DNA from: Candidatus Omnitrophota bacterium | GTDB taxonomy: Bacteria; Omnitrophota; Gorgyraeia; 2-01-FULL-45-10 | DNA: 56,324 nt | Direction of reading: 5' to 3' | Assembly (NCBI GenBank): GCA_016929115.1 | Contig: JAFGJL010000023.1 | Location: 1-56,324 of the forward strand | Part shown: positions 44,022 to 53,742 of the stretch, in pieces | Layout of the letters: each line of letters begins with the position of its first letter | How positions within the stretch are numbered: position 1 is the first letter of the stretch | Notes under the pieces: generated by a model | What the model was told of the DNA's origin: nothing | What the model saw: only the letters and a program-made list of their open reading frames with translations | Databases searched by the model: none | Program-made: the position numbers and the translations under genes

Positions 44022-45486
44022 TGGACTTTTTGAGAAACTTAACGAACAGGACATAAGGTATTGCCACTGGAAGAGCAACGAGAGCCTTGAAGAAGCCTTG
44101 AAGGGCAAAGGCGATCTCGATATTCTAGTGGACAGACGTTCTGCCGATGCTTTCGTGTCGCTGATCGAATATCTGGGTTTTAAGAATGCGGTCGATAAAG
44201 GAAAAAAGGAGCCGGATTCGATCAGCCATTATTATGGCATGGATGCCGCTTCCGGATGCATTGTTCACCTCCACGTTTATTTCCGGCTCATAACGGGAGG
44301 GACGCTGCTTAAGAATTACTGGCTTCCGTTGGAAGAGATGCTGCTCAACAGCACAGAAAATTTGGGTGTTGTAAAAATACCGTCCAAAACGGCGGAATTC
44401 GTCCTACTTGTTCTGAGAAAAGCGCTTGAGCACGGAGCACTTTGGGAAATACCATTCTTTTATCGGGAATATGACAGGATACAGCGCGAGATAGACTGGC
44501 TTGGAGGGGAAGATGGTATCGAAAGCACGGCCAGGCTCATTGAACATTGGCTTCCATCGGTTGATAAAGAATTGTTCAGCGCATGTGCCAGGGAGTTGAT
44601 GCCGGGAGGCAGCTTCATTAAGAGAATAACGCTGGGGAGAAAGCTGCGAGCGCGCCTGCGCAATTATTCTATATATAACCCCGCCAAGGGCCTGCTGATG
44701 GCCGGCGCTTCGTTATCAAGGAAGGTATTACGAAAACTATCGGCAAGGAATGGAAAGGCATTGGGTAGGGGGGTTGTTATCGCAATTGTAGGGCCGGAAG
44801 CGGTGGGTAAATCGACATTGCAGGCGGGCCTGAAAAAATGGCTTGAGGGATATTTATGGGTCGAGGCTGTACATGCCGGAAGGCCGCCCTCCACGGCCGC
44901 GACCTTTTTGCCTAACCTTGCCATGCCTTTAGCGCGGAAGTTATTGCCTTCCTTAAGGACTTCCAGGTTGAGGCAGGAAGTTTCTTCGAAAGAGAGGGAG
45001 CCGTTGAAAAAGATCGAGGGACCCGCACTTTTCGTCTACGCGCTCCGCTCCACGATGGTCGCTCTCGACAGGATGTCGCTTATACGGAAAATGGCGTTCA
45101 GGGCCTCGAAAGGGGCGATCGTGATCTGTGACCGTTATCCCTCACGTTGCGCTGGGGCGATGGACAGCTCTCAATTTGGAGATACGTTTTTTGAAAATAG
45201 AAGGTTCTCCCTAACCAGTGTTTTAGCGAGAACCGAGAGCAGGATCTATAAAAGTATTCCGGCCCCGGACATGGTTATCAAGCTGCGATTGCCGGTTGAA
45301 ACCGCCGTTGAAAGGAATATATCGCGAAATAAGAGGGGGGTTGAAAGCGACGAATATGTGCGGTTAAGGCATGTCCAGAGCCACAACCACCTATTTGACA
45401 GCGGGCATGTTTATGAAATGGATACGGATAAACCTCTTGAGGAAACATTGCTTGAGGTTAAGCGTTGTGTCTGGAGCGTTTTATAG
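44005..45486 (+). CDS. Nucleotidyltransferase-like / thymidylate-kinase-like fusion
   Basis: YCHWKSN...GDLDILV N-terminus; IVGPEAVGKST, ICDRYP, PDMVIKL C-terminus. Confidence 0.7.
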   Translation: MLTIVSGLFEKLNEQDIRYCHWKSNESLEEALKGKGDLDILVDRRSADAFVSLIEYLGFKNAVDKGKKEPDSISHYYGMDAASGCIVHLHVYFRLITGGTLLKNYWLPLEEMLLNSTENLGVVKIPSKTAEFVLLVLRKALEHGALWEIPFFYREYDRIQREIDWLGGEDGIESTARLIEHWLPSVDKELFSACARELMPGGSFIKRITLGRKLRARLRNYSIYNPAKGLLMAGASLSRKVLRKLSARNGKALGRGVVIAIVGPEAVGKSTLQAGLKKWLEGYLWVEAVHAGRPPSTAATFLPNLAMPLARKLLPSLRTSRLRQEVSSKEREPLKKIEGPALFVYALRSTMVALDRMSLIRKMAFRASKGAIVICDRYPSRCAGAMDSSQFGDTFFENRRFSLTSVLARTESRIYKSIPAPDMVIKLRLPVETAVERNISRNKRGVESDEYVRLRHVQSHNHLFDSGHVYEMDTDKPLEETLLEVKRCVWSVL

Positions 45487-45494
45487 ATATACCT

Positions 45495-46655
45495 ATGAAG
45501 ATAGCGCTTATACTGAATGACGATTTTTCGATGCTGCATTTTAGAAAGGGGCTTATCTCTTTTCTGAAAAGCAAAGGTCATGAGGTCTTCGCGATAACGC
45601 CGGATGGACCTTATGTGGCTGCCATAAGAGGCCTGGGAGCAACCCATATTTCTATTCCCGGAGCAAGGTTCATAGACCCCTGGAACGACTTGAAGCTGCT
45701 TTTCCGTTTATACGCGATCTGCACCAGGGAAAAGTTCGATATAGTACATACGATGACGATAAAACCGAATATCTATGGCACTATCGCGGCCAGGCTTACC
45801 GGTGTTAAGCGGGTAGTAGGGCTTGTCTCAGGAGCCGGAGCTATGTTTTCGGATGGGCTCAGCCCGGCATTGCGGCTGATGCGGCCGATTATCTTTCTGA
45901 TGTACAGGTTCGCTTTCTTTTTTAGCGATGGCGTTTGGTTCCAGAACGAAGAGGATGCCCGCTTTTTCGCGGCTAAAAAAATATTACCTGCGAAAAAGGC
46001 GGTAGTGATAAAGGGCGGCGGGATAGATACGGAAGAATTCTCACCCGATTCGCTGGATAAGAGAGCTCTCGAAGAGAAGAAGAAGGAACTTGGCGTTGAG
46101 AAAAAGGACGCGATCGTTTCAATGGTAATTGCAAGGATGGTGTGGTCGAAAGGTGTCAGGGAATTTATCGAGGCAGCGGAAATGGCCGGTAGAAAACACG
46201 CGAATGCCGCGTTTTTGTTAGTCGGACCCGTAGAGAAAAATTCCCCGGATTCCGTGCCGGAGGATTATTTAAAAGAGCGTTCCGGCGGGGTGGTCAGGCC
46301 GGTTATAGGTTTCAGGACGGATGTTAAGGAGATAATAGCTTTGTCCGACATTGTCGCGCTGCCGTCTTATTACAGGGAAGGGGTGCCGCGGGTGCTTCTC
46401 GAGGGGCTTTCCCTCGGAAAGCCGGTGGTGACGACGGATAGCATCGGTTGTAGGGAGACGGTGGATCAGGGTATTAACGGATATCTCGTTCCGCCCCGCG
46501 ACCCGGTGGCTTTGGCTGAAGCCTTTGATAAGCTCTTGTCCTCAAAGAACGCACGGGAAGAATTCGGTGCGAGGTCAAGGATGAAGGCGCAAAGGGAGTT
46601 CGAGCAGGAGTTGACCGCCCAGAAGGTGGCCGATCAATTATACAGGATTAAATAG
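45495..46655 (+). CDS. Glycosyltransferase family 4 (PglA/WbnH-like)
   Basis: HFRKGLI, TIKPNIYG, FQNEED, LPSYYREGVPRVLLEG. Confidence 0.9.
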   Translation: MKIALILNDDFSMLHFRKGLISFLKSKGHEVFAITPDGPYVAAIRGLGATHISIPGARFIDPWNDLKLLFRLYAICTREKFDIVHTMTIKPNIYGTIAARLTGVKRVVGLVSGAGAMFSDGLSPALRLMRPIIFLMYRFAFFFSDGVWFQNEEDARFFAAKKILPAKKAVVIKGGGIDTEEFSPDSLDKRALEEKKKELGVEKKDAIVSMVIARMVWSKGVREFIEAAEMAGRKHANAAFLLVGPVEKNSPDSVPEDYLKERSGGVVRPVIGFRTDVKEIIALSDIVALPSYYREGVPRVLLEGLSLGKPVVTTDSIGCRETVDQGINGYLVPPRDPVALAEAFDKLLSSKNAREEFGARSRMKAQREFEQELTAQKVADQLYRIK

Positions 46656-46666
46656 GCGGAGTTCGC

Positions 46667-47491
46667 ATGGAAGAGCGTAAGGATGGGGAGAAGCAATTTC
46701 ACGATGCTTTGCGGTCCTTTTCTTCGGAACAAAGGTGGTCGAGGGAATTGGAAGGTTTGATCCGAAACGATCCCATGTGGGTCAACATGAAATATTACGC
46801 GATTGAAAGGAAAAGCCGCGCGCTTGTGAACCGCTGGTACGAAGAGAACTGCGCAGGGCGGAAGGTCCTCGACTTCTGCTGCGGTAATGGCGATGATAGT
46901 TTTCTTATCGCGAGGTCCGGCGCAAGGGAAGTGGTAGGCGTGGATATTTCGGAAGTTTCCATAGAGAATTGCAGGAAAAGAGCGGCTGAGGAAAAAATAC
47001 AGGGAGACATGTCTTTTTACGCGATGGACGCGGAGGGCCTCGGGTTCGATGGCGCAACTTTTGACGTCGTTTCCGAATACGGGGCGCTTCACCATCTTGA
47101 CCTTGAGAAGGCCTATTCGGAGATTGCGCGCGTCCTTAAGCCGGGGGGAAAATGTATTTGCACGGAAACTCTCGGCCATAATCCCCTAATACATCTTTAC
47201 AGGAAAAAGACGCCCCATCTGCGGACGCCATGGGAAGTTGAGCACATCCTGAAGAAGAAAGATATTGAAAAGGCAAGGTACTTTTTCGATAACGTCCATA
47301 TCCTTGGTTTTTTCTATTTGGCGATCCTTGCAGCGGTGCCTTTCAGGAGATCTCGCTTTTTTAGCTCGCTGCTGGGCTTATTGGAAACTGTGGATGATGC
47401 GCTGCTTAAGATGCCCTTTTTGAAGTGGCAGGCGTGGCAGGTTGTCTTTGTATTGGAAAATCCGAAAGTCCCGGACAGGGGAAATAAATAG
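46667..47491 (+). CDS. Class I SAM-dependent methyltransferase
   Basis: VLDFCCGNG, GVDIS, GALHHL, RVLKPGG. Confidence 0.9.
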   Translation: MEERKDGEKQFHDALRSFSSEQRWSRELEGLIRNDPMWVNMKYYAIERKSRALVNRWYEENCAGRKVLDFCCGNGDDSFLIARSGAREVVGVDISEVSIENCRKRAAEEKIQGDMSFYAMDAEGLGFDGATFDVVSEYGALHHLDLEKAYSEIARVLKPGGKCICTETLGHNPLIHLYRKKTPHLRTPWEVEHILKKKDIEKARYFFDNVHILGFFYLAILAAVPFRRSRFFSSLLGLLETVDDALLKMPFLKWQAWQVVFVLENPKVPDRGNK

Positions 47492-47511
47492 ATCTGGATA
47501 AAAGGAATGGC

Positions 47512-48303
47512 ATGATAAATCTTGAAGAAAAATCTGATTTCAGCAAGATAACGGAAGCGCCGGGACAAAAGGCCACCGCTGAGCAGATATCCAGGGTCTA
47601 TCAACGATATCGTTTTGCGAAAGATTTCATAAGGAACAGAGATGTGCTGGAGGCTGCTTGCGGGACCGGTATGGGGCTGGGATATCTGGCTTCCGCTGCA
47701 AAAAGCGTTATCGGAGTTGATATAGATGAGAAAAATCTATCTTTAGCCAGGCGATGCTATGATGGCAACACAAAGGTTCGCGTGTTGAAGGGGGACGTAC
47801 ATGAATTGGATCTGCCTGACAAAAGCGCCGATCTTGTATTGCTTTTTGAGGCCATATATTATTTGAATGAACCGCAAAGGTTTGCAAAAGAAGCTCGCAG
47901 GATACTGCGCGATGATGGGCATATCATTATCTGCTCCGTAAACAGGGACTGGGAGGATTTTCATCCCTCTCCTTATACATACAGCTATTTTTCCGTGCCG
48001 GAACTTAGGGGGCTTTTGGAGCCGCATTTCAGGGATATCAGGTTTTACGGCGGATTTCCCGCGGGGGAAAGGGGACTAAAGGAATATTTTGTGTCCTTTA
48101 TAAAGCAAGCGGCTGTAAAGTTTGATCTCATTCCCGGCAACTTAGAGTCGAGGGCATACCTCAAAAGGATATTTATCGGGAAGCTTTTAAATTTGCCTGC
48201 CGAAGTTACCGAAGGCATGGCGCCTTATGAAGTACCGGTGGAGCTGAGCCCGGACAGTGTAAATAAAGACCATAAGATAATATATGTGGTGGCGAAAAAA
48301 TAG
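47512..48303 (+). CDS. Class I SAM-dependent methyltransferase
   Basis: RYRFA, VLEAACGTGMG, GVDID, FEAIYY, RILRDDG. Confidence 0.88.
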   Translation: MINLEEKSDFSKITEAPGQKATAEQISRVYQRYRFAKDFIRNRDVLEAACGTGMGLGYLASAAKSVIGVDIDEKNLSLARRCYDGNTKVRVLKGDVHELDLPDKSADLVLLFEAIYYLNEPQRFAKEARRILRDDGHIIICSVNRDWEDFHPSPYTYSYFSVPELRGLLEPHFRDIRFYGGFPAGERGLKEYFVSFIKQAAVKFDLIPGNLESRAYLKRIFIGKLLNLPAEVTEGMAPYEVPVELSPDSVNKDHKIIYVVAKK

Positions 48304-48306
48304 GTG

Positions 48307-48945
48307 ATGGTTGAAAAGATGCCATACGAGTTTTTTAAGAGGGCTTTTGATATAATCGCGTCGGTGGCCGGACTTATCTTGCTTAGTCCGGTGCTTCTGT
48401 TTGTCGCTACGCTTATTAAGCTCGAAGATGGAAGGCCAGTTTTTTACCGTAGCGTGAGGATAGGCAGATACGGCGTCCCTTTTGCCATGTATAAATTTAG
48501 GACCATGATAGAAGACGCCGAAACGCAGGGCGCTAGTTCCACGTCTGTGGACGATCCCAGGATAACCGGTATAGGGAGGTTCCTGCGAAGATACAAGATC
48601 GATGAGATACCGCAACTCATAAACGTTTTCAAGGGAGATATGAGTTTGGTGGGTCCCCGGCCGCAGGTGAAGTGGGCTGTCGATATGTACGATAACGAGC
48701 AGAAGAAACTTCTTTCCGTTCGCCCCGGCATAACAGATTACGCATCACTTAAGTTTAGCGATGAGGGCGAGATCCTGAAAGGCAGCGATGATCCGGATAG
48801 GGCTTATCTGGAGAAGATCGCGCCTGAGAAAATACGATTGGGGCTGGAGTATGTGGCCAATAAGTCATTAATGATCGATCTTAAAATATTGCTGATGACA
48901 TTGAAGACATTATTTGTCAGAAACATTAACCAGGCAGGAGATTAA
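48307..48945 (+). CDS. Undecaprenyl-phosphate sugar phosphotransferase (initiating)
   Basis: KRAFD, YKFRTM, DPRIT, DEIPQLINV..GDMSLVGPRP, RPGIT. Confidence 0.93.
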   Translation: MVEKMPYEFFKRAFDIIASVAGLILLSPVLLFVATLIKLEDGRPVFYRSVRIGRYGVPFAMYKFRTMIEDAETQGASSTSVDDPRITGIGRFLRRYKIDEIPQLINVFKGDMSLVGPRPQVKWAVDMYDNEQKKLLSVRPGITDYASLKFSDEGEILKGSDDPDRAYLEKIAPEKIRLGLEYVANKSLMIDLKILLMTLKTLFVRNINQAGD

Positions 48946-48947
48946 GG

Positions 48948-49700
48948 ATGGCAAAGATAAAAGCTGATGGCGGTTTCAGGACAGGCGCTGAACGGTTGGT
49001 CGGAAAAAGTATAGAAAAGGTCTTTAATAGTTCTCCGGACACCATTGAAACCAAACTCGACAATTTCACTAAATACATAAGAAGACAGCGTCTGACCCGC
49101 CTGTTGGCGTTGTATGAAATATTCAAGAGAGTGATCCCGATAAAGGGCTCCATAGTAGAATGCGGTGTGTATCGCGGATTTAGCCTTATGGCCTGGGCGC
49201 AGATGAGCGCGGTTATGGAACCGAACAACCTGACCAGAAGGATTTACGGTTTTGATACGTTCGAAGGGTTTGCCGGGGCAAGCGCAGAGGATTCAAACAG
49301 ACTGCGTAAGACGAGCATGGGAGAGCTGAAGAGCGATTCATACGAAGAGCTTAAACAGCTTATAAAGATATATGATTCCAACAGGTTTTTGGGGCATGTA
49401 AATAAAATCCAACTGATAAAGGGCGATGTGACAAAGACCATACCCGAGTTCATCAACAAAAACCGCCATCTTGTGGTGAGCTTGCTTTTCCTTGACATGG
49501 ATCTCTATAATCCCACTAAGGCCGCTATCGAAGCATTCTATCCGCGTATGCCGAAAGGCGCTATAATAGCATTTGATGAACTTGATAATCCGATTTGGCC
49601 TGGAGAGACGGCGGCGCTTCTGGAGACACTGAAGATCAACAAGCTTAAGGTTGAGAGGATAGAGTTCGATCCGTATATAGGATTCGCGGTAGTCAAATAA
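48948..49700 (+). CDS. TylF/MycF family O-methyltransferase-like protein
   Basis: GSIVECGVYRG, YGFDTFEGF, LDMDLYNPT, FDE. Confidence 0.85.
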   Translation: MAKIKADGGFRTGAERLVGKSIEKVFNSSPDTIETKLDNFTKYIRRQRLTRLLALYEIFKRVIPIKGSIVECGVYRGFSLMAWAQMSAVMEPNNLTRRIYGFDTFEGFAGASAEDSNRLRKTSMGELKSDSYEELKQLIKIYDSNRFLGHVNKIQLIKGDVTKTIPEFINKNRHLVVSLLFLDMDLYNPTKAAIEAFYPRMPKGAIIAFDELDNPIWPGETAALLETLKINKLKVERIEFDPYIGFAVVK

Positions 49701-49722
49701 AGTGATCGGGTGACAGGGCATA

Positions 49723-50544
49723 ATGAAGAACAAGAAGAATGAATATGGTGAGTTGGGTATTTTGTCGAGAAAGATAAGGCTTTCCGTTCTGGATATGATA
49801 CATCGGACGAAGAGCCCTCATATCGGATCTTCTCTTTCTGCTGTTGATATATTAGTGGCTCTTTATTTTGAGATTATGAATATTGATCCCAAAGGTCAAT
49901 GCGGGAAGAATAAAGACCGTTTTATCTTGAGCAAGGGCCATGCATGCGCCGCTTTATATGCGGTTATGGCTGAGAGAGGCATAATCGATGCCGATACAAT
50001 AAACGGTTTTGCGAGGAACGGCGGAGCATTGGAGCAGCATCCCAATAAGCATCATTGTGAAGGCATAGAGGTATCGACGGGTTCTTTAGGACATGGCCTG
50101 TCAATAGGGGCCGGCATGGCCCTTTCCGGTAAGGTGGATCGCAAGGCCTATAAAGTATACGTTCTATTGAGCGACGGTGAGATGAACGAAGGATCTGTCT
50201 GGGAAGCGGTCATGTTCGCGGCGCATCAGGGCCTGGACAATCTAATAGCATTGGTGGATGCGAACAAGATACAGGCGATGGGATGTACAAAGGATATTAT
50301 AGGCCTGGATCCGATATCGGAAAAATGGAGGTCTTTTGGGTGGCATGTCCAGGATATAGACGGCCATGATTTTAGGGAGATCATCAATGCTTTTAAGAAT
50401 ATAATGCCCGGGAAACCAAACGCGATAATATTGAACACATCAAAGGGCAAGGGTGTCTCTTTTATGGAAAATAACGTTTTGTGGCATTACAGATCTCCGG
50501 ATGAAGTGGAATACAGAGACGCGCGCAAGGAGTTGGCTAAATGA
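49723..50544 (+). CDS. Transketolase N-terminal (TPP-binding) subunit
   Basis: HIGSSLS, ILSKGHA, STGSLGHG, SDGEMNEGSVWE, KGKGVSFME. Confidence 0.92.
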   Translation: MKNKKNEYGELGILSRKIRLSVLDMIHRTKSPHIGSSLSAVDILVALYFEIMNIDPKGQCGKNKDRFILSKGHACAALYAVMAERGIIDADTINGFARNGGALEQHPNKHHCEGIEVSTGSLGHGLSIGAGMALSGKVDRKAYKVYVLLSDGEMNEGSVWEAVMFAAHQGLDNLIALVDANKIQAMGCTKDIIGLDPISEKWRSFGWHVQDIDGHDFREIINAFKNIMPGKPNAIILNTSKGKGVSFMENNVLWHYRSPDEVEYRDARKELAK

Positions 50545-51455
50545 GATCGGCTTTTTTCGGGGAAATAGAAAAAATTTATAAAAGGCGCAACGACATTTTT
50601 GTGCTTACTGCCGACCTTGGTTATAAATTATTCGATGCGATAAAAAACGCTTCTCCTGAACGCTTTTGCAATATTGGGGTAGCGGAGCAGAATATGGTCG
50701 GTGTGGCTGCCGGGCTGGCGCTGTCGGGTAAGAATGTCTATTGCTATACTATAATACCTTTTTTGGTAATGAGAGCCTATGAACAGATAAGAGTGGATGT
50801 GGATTATCACAATCTTGATGTTAAGCTGGTAGGTGCCGGCGCGGGCTTTTCTTACGGGTTTGAGGGCATTACACATCTGGGGCTTGAGGATCTGGGCATG
50901 ATGAGGGCATTGCAGAATACCTCTGTGGTTGTTCCCGCAGATCCTCTGGAAGCAGCCTGTGCGGCGAAGGCATCCGTTAATTATAAAGGGCCTTTATATA
51001 TACGCCTTGGGCAGACGGGTGCGCCTTCCGTTCATGAAGGACCTCCCGCGTTCGATATCGGCAAGGCCATGGTTATAAAAGAAGGGAAAGGCCTGGCTAT
51101 ATTCTGCAACGGCAGTATGGTATATGCAAGCAAGCTGGCTGCTGATATGTTGTCAAAGAAAGGGATCAGCCCTACCATAGTAAATATGCATACTTTGAAA
51201 CCCCTCGATACCGACACCATAGGATCCATCGCAGAGACACACGGGAATATTTTTACTGTCGAAGAACATAATGTCAACGGAGGATTAGGATCGGCCATTG
51301 CCGAGGTGCTTTTGGAAAAAGGCTATAAAGGGCGTTTTAAAAGAATAGGCATACCGCCAAAACTGGGCTATGAGGTTGGAAACGCGGATCATTTAAGGCA
51401 GGCGTATGGTTTAACTCCCGAAAGCATTTTTAAAAAGATATCGGAGTCCTTTTAA
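50541..51455 (+). CDS. Transketolase C-terminal subunit
   Basis: LTADLG, NIGVAEQNM, YEQIR, THLGLED, VEEH..GGLGS. Confidence 0.92.
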   Translation: MRSAFFGEIEKIYKRRNDIFVLTADLGYKLFDAIKNASPERFCNIGVAEQNMVGVAAGLALSGKNVYCYTIIPFLVMRAYEQIRVDVDYHNLDVKLVGAGAGFSYGFEGITHLGLEDLGMMRALQNTSVVVPADPLEAACAAKASVNYKGPLYIRLGQTGAPSVHEGPPAFDIGKAMVIKEGKGLAIFCNGSMVYASKLAADMLSKKGISPTIVNMHTLKPLDTDTIGSIAETHGNIFTVEEHNVNGGLGSAIAEVLLEKGYKGRFKRIGIPPKLGYEVGNADHLRQAYGLTPESIFKKISESF

Positions 51456-51458
51456 AAA

Positions 51459-52577
51459 ATGGCTAAATATAATTATAAAATCAGGTTTGTCGATCCCGCA
51501 AGAAATTACAGGATGATAAAAGACGAGATAGACGCCGCCTATTTTGAGGCAATGTCCAAAGGCGATCTGGTCGACCGGGATCAGCTGAAAAGTTTCGAGG
51601 CGGATCTGGCGAAATTTGTAGGTGCCAAATACGCCATCGGGCTTAACAGCGGATACGATGCCCTCCACATGTCGCTTCGCGCGGCCGGTATAGGACCTGG
51701 CGATGAGGTTATCATCCCGGCGCATACGTTTGTCGCTACATGCTCCGCGATCGTAAATACGGGCGCGACACCCGTTTTAGTGGACGTGACGAAAGATTTT
51801 AATATTGATGTCGACAAGATAGAGCCGGTGATCACCAAAAAGACGAAAGCCGTCATCCCGGTCCACCTTAGCGGCTGGATGGCGGATATGCCGAGGATAA
51901 TTAAGATAGCGGAGAAATGCAAACTGGTCGTTATCGAGGACGCCTGCCAAAGCCTTGGCTCAAGCATAAACGGCAAGGGCGCAGGATCGTGGGGGCTGAC
52001 CGGTTGCTGGAGTTTCTATCCGTTCAAGATACTGGGTGGATACGGCGACGGCGGCGCTATCACCACTAACGACCCGGATGTCGCGTTGTTTGCCAGACGC
52101 ATGAGATATAATGGCGAGGACCGCGAAACGGGCGAGTATCATGGTCACGGATTTACGTGCCTTCTCGATAACCTGCAGGCCGCTTTTCTTGATGTAAAAC
52201 TGAAACATCTTCCCAGATGGATTGTGCGCAGGAAGGAGATAGCAGAAAGGTACCGTAAAGGACTTTCGGATATACCGGACCTCCTCCTGCCTCATTACAA
52301 CAAGCCCGGATTTGACCATGTTTACCAGAACTATACTGTCAGGGCGAAACAGGGCAACGATTTCTCAGAATTTCTTAAAAAGAATGGCGTAGAGGTACTA
52401 ACGCAGTTCAGGAAGCCTTACTATAAACACAAAGCACTTAAGCTTCTGGACAAGGGTTTTCCGGAAACCGAGGCGCTTAGCTGCGAAGTTTGTTCGCTGC
52501 CGATGAATATCGAGGTCACTGATAAAGAGGTGGATTACGTCATCAGCGTTATCCGCAAGTTCTATGGAAAGACATGA
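51459..52577 (+). CDS. DegT/DnrJ family sugar aminotransferase
   Basis: IEDACQSLG, SFYPFKILGGYGDGG. Confidence 0.9.
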   Translation: MAKYNYKIRFVDPARNYRMIKDEIDAAYFEAMSKGDLVDRDQLKSFEADLAKFVGAKYAIGLNSGYDALHMSLRAAGIGPGDEVIIPAHTFVATCSAIVNTGATPVLVDVTKDFNIDVDKIEPVITKKTKAVIPVHLSGWMADMPRIIKIAEKCKLVVIEDACQSLGSSINGKGAGSWGLTGCWSFYPFKILGGYGDGGAITTNDPDVALFARRMRYNGEDRETGEYHGHGFTCLLDNLQAAFLDVKLKHLPRWIVRRKEIAERYRKGLSDIPDLLLPHYNKPGFDHVYQNYTVRAKQGNDFSEFLKKNGVEVLTQFRKPYYKHKALKLLDKGFPETEALSCEVCSLPMNIEVTDKEVDYVISVIRKFYGKT

Positions 52578-52578
52578 T

Positions 52579-53742
52579 ATGGGCAAATTGAAACTGAGCT
52601 CAAGAACGGAATGGGTCGTGCGCTCCGAGATACGCAACATGTCGATAGAGTGCGATCGCATCGGCGGTATCAATCTTTCGCAGGGTATCGTCGATACGGA
52701 AGTGCCGTTGGTAGTCCGGCGCGGCGCTCACGAAGCCATAGACCGCGGCATAAACACATATACTCGGCATGACGGATTGAAAGAGCTTCGCCGGGCCATA
52801 GCCCTGAAAGTGAAAAGATGCACAGGCCTAAAATACGATCCTGAGACCGAGATCGTGGTAAGCGCCGGCGCGACAGGCGCCCTTTACTGCGCGTGTCTGG
52901 CGTTGTTGAACCCGGGCGATGAGGTGATAGTTTTCGAGCCGTATTACGGATATCACATCACCACTTTGATCGCGGCCGAGGCTGTCCCGAAGTTCGTTCG
53001 TCTCATGCCCCCTGATTGGGCATTTACAAAGGAAGGCCTGGAAAAGGTTGTTACCAGGCGAACCCGGGCGATAATAGTAAATACACCAGCGAACCCTTCC
53101 GGCAAGGTGTTCAGCCGGAAAGAATTGGAGATAATAGGAGCTGTAGCCGAGAAATACGATCTTTTTATATTTACCGATGAGATATACGAACATTTTGTCT
53201 ATGACGGGAAAAAACACATCGCTCCTGCGGCGGTCAAGGGCCTCAGGAAAAGGGTCATAACCATATCCGGGCTTTCAAAGACATTCAGTATAACCGGTTG
53301 GCGTATCGGATATTGCCTCTGCGATAAAAAATGGGCGAAGCCGATAGGCTACTTCAGCGACCTGATATATGTGTGCGCGCCGGCGCCTTTACAGATGGGT
53401 GTGGTTAACGGGCTATTGAAACTTGGCGATGAATATTATTCTTCACTGAAGAAGGCCTACCACGCCAAGCGCGATAAGATATGTGATGCCCTGTCAAAAG
53501 CAGGGCTCAAGCCTTATGTGCCGCAGGGTTCTTATTATGTATTAGCGGATATCTCCCGCATAAAAGGTAGGAACAGCAAAGAGCGCGCGATGGACCTCCT
53601 TACCAAAACGGGGGTGGCCTGTGTTCCGGGCGAGGCCTTTTATCATGATGATGCCGGAGAGGCGCTTGCGCGCTTTTGTTTTGCGAAGAATGACAAAATA
53701 TTAGATGAAGCTTGTAAAAGGCTGGAGCGATTAGCGCGATGA
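52579..53742 (+). CDS. PLP-dependent aminotransferase class I/II
   Basis: INLSQG, NTPANPSGKV, DEIYE, SKTFSITGWRIGY, RFCFAK. Confidence 0.92.
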   Translation: MGKLKLSSRTEWVVRSEIRNMSIECDRIGGINLSQGIVDTEVPLVVRRGAHEAIDRGINTYTRHDGLKELRRAIALKVKRCTGLKYDPETEIVVSAGATGALYCACLALLNPGDEVIVFEPYYGYHITTLIAAEAVPKFVRLMPPDWAFTKEGLEKVVTRRTRAIIVNTPANPSGKVFSRKELEIIGAVAEKYDLFIFTDEIYEHFVYDGKKHIAPAAVKGLRKRVITISGLSKTFSITGWRIGYCLCDKKWAKPIGYFSDLIYVCAPAPLQMGVVNGLLKLGDEYYSSLKKAYHAKRDKICDALSKAGLKPYVPQGSYYVLADISRIKGRNSKERAMDLLTKTGVACVPGEAFYHDDAGEALARFCFAKNDKILDEACKRLERLAR

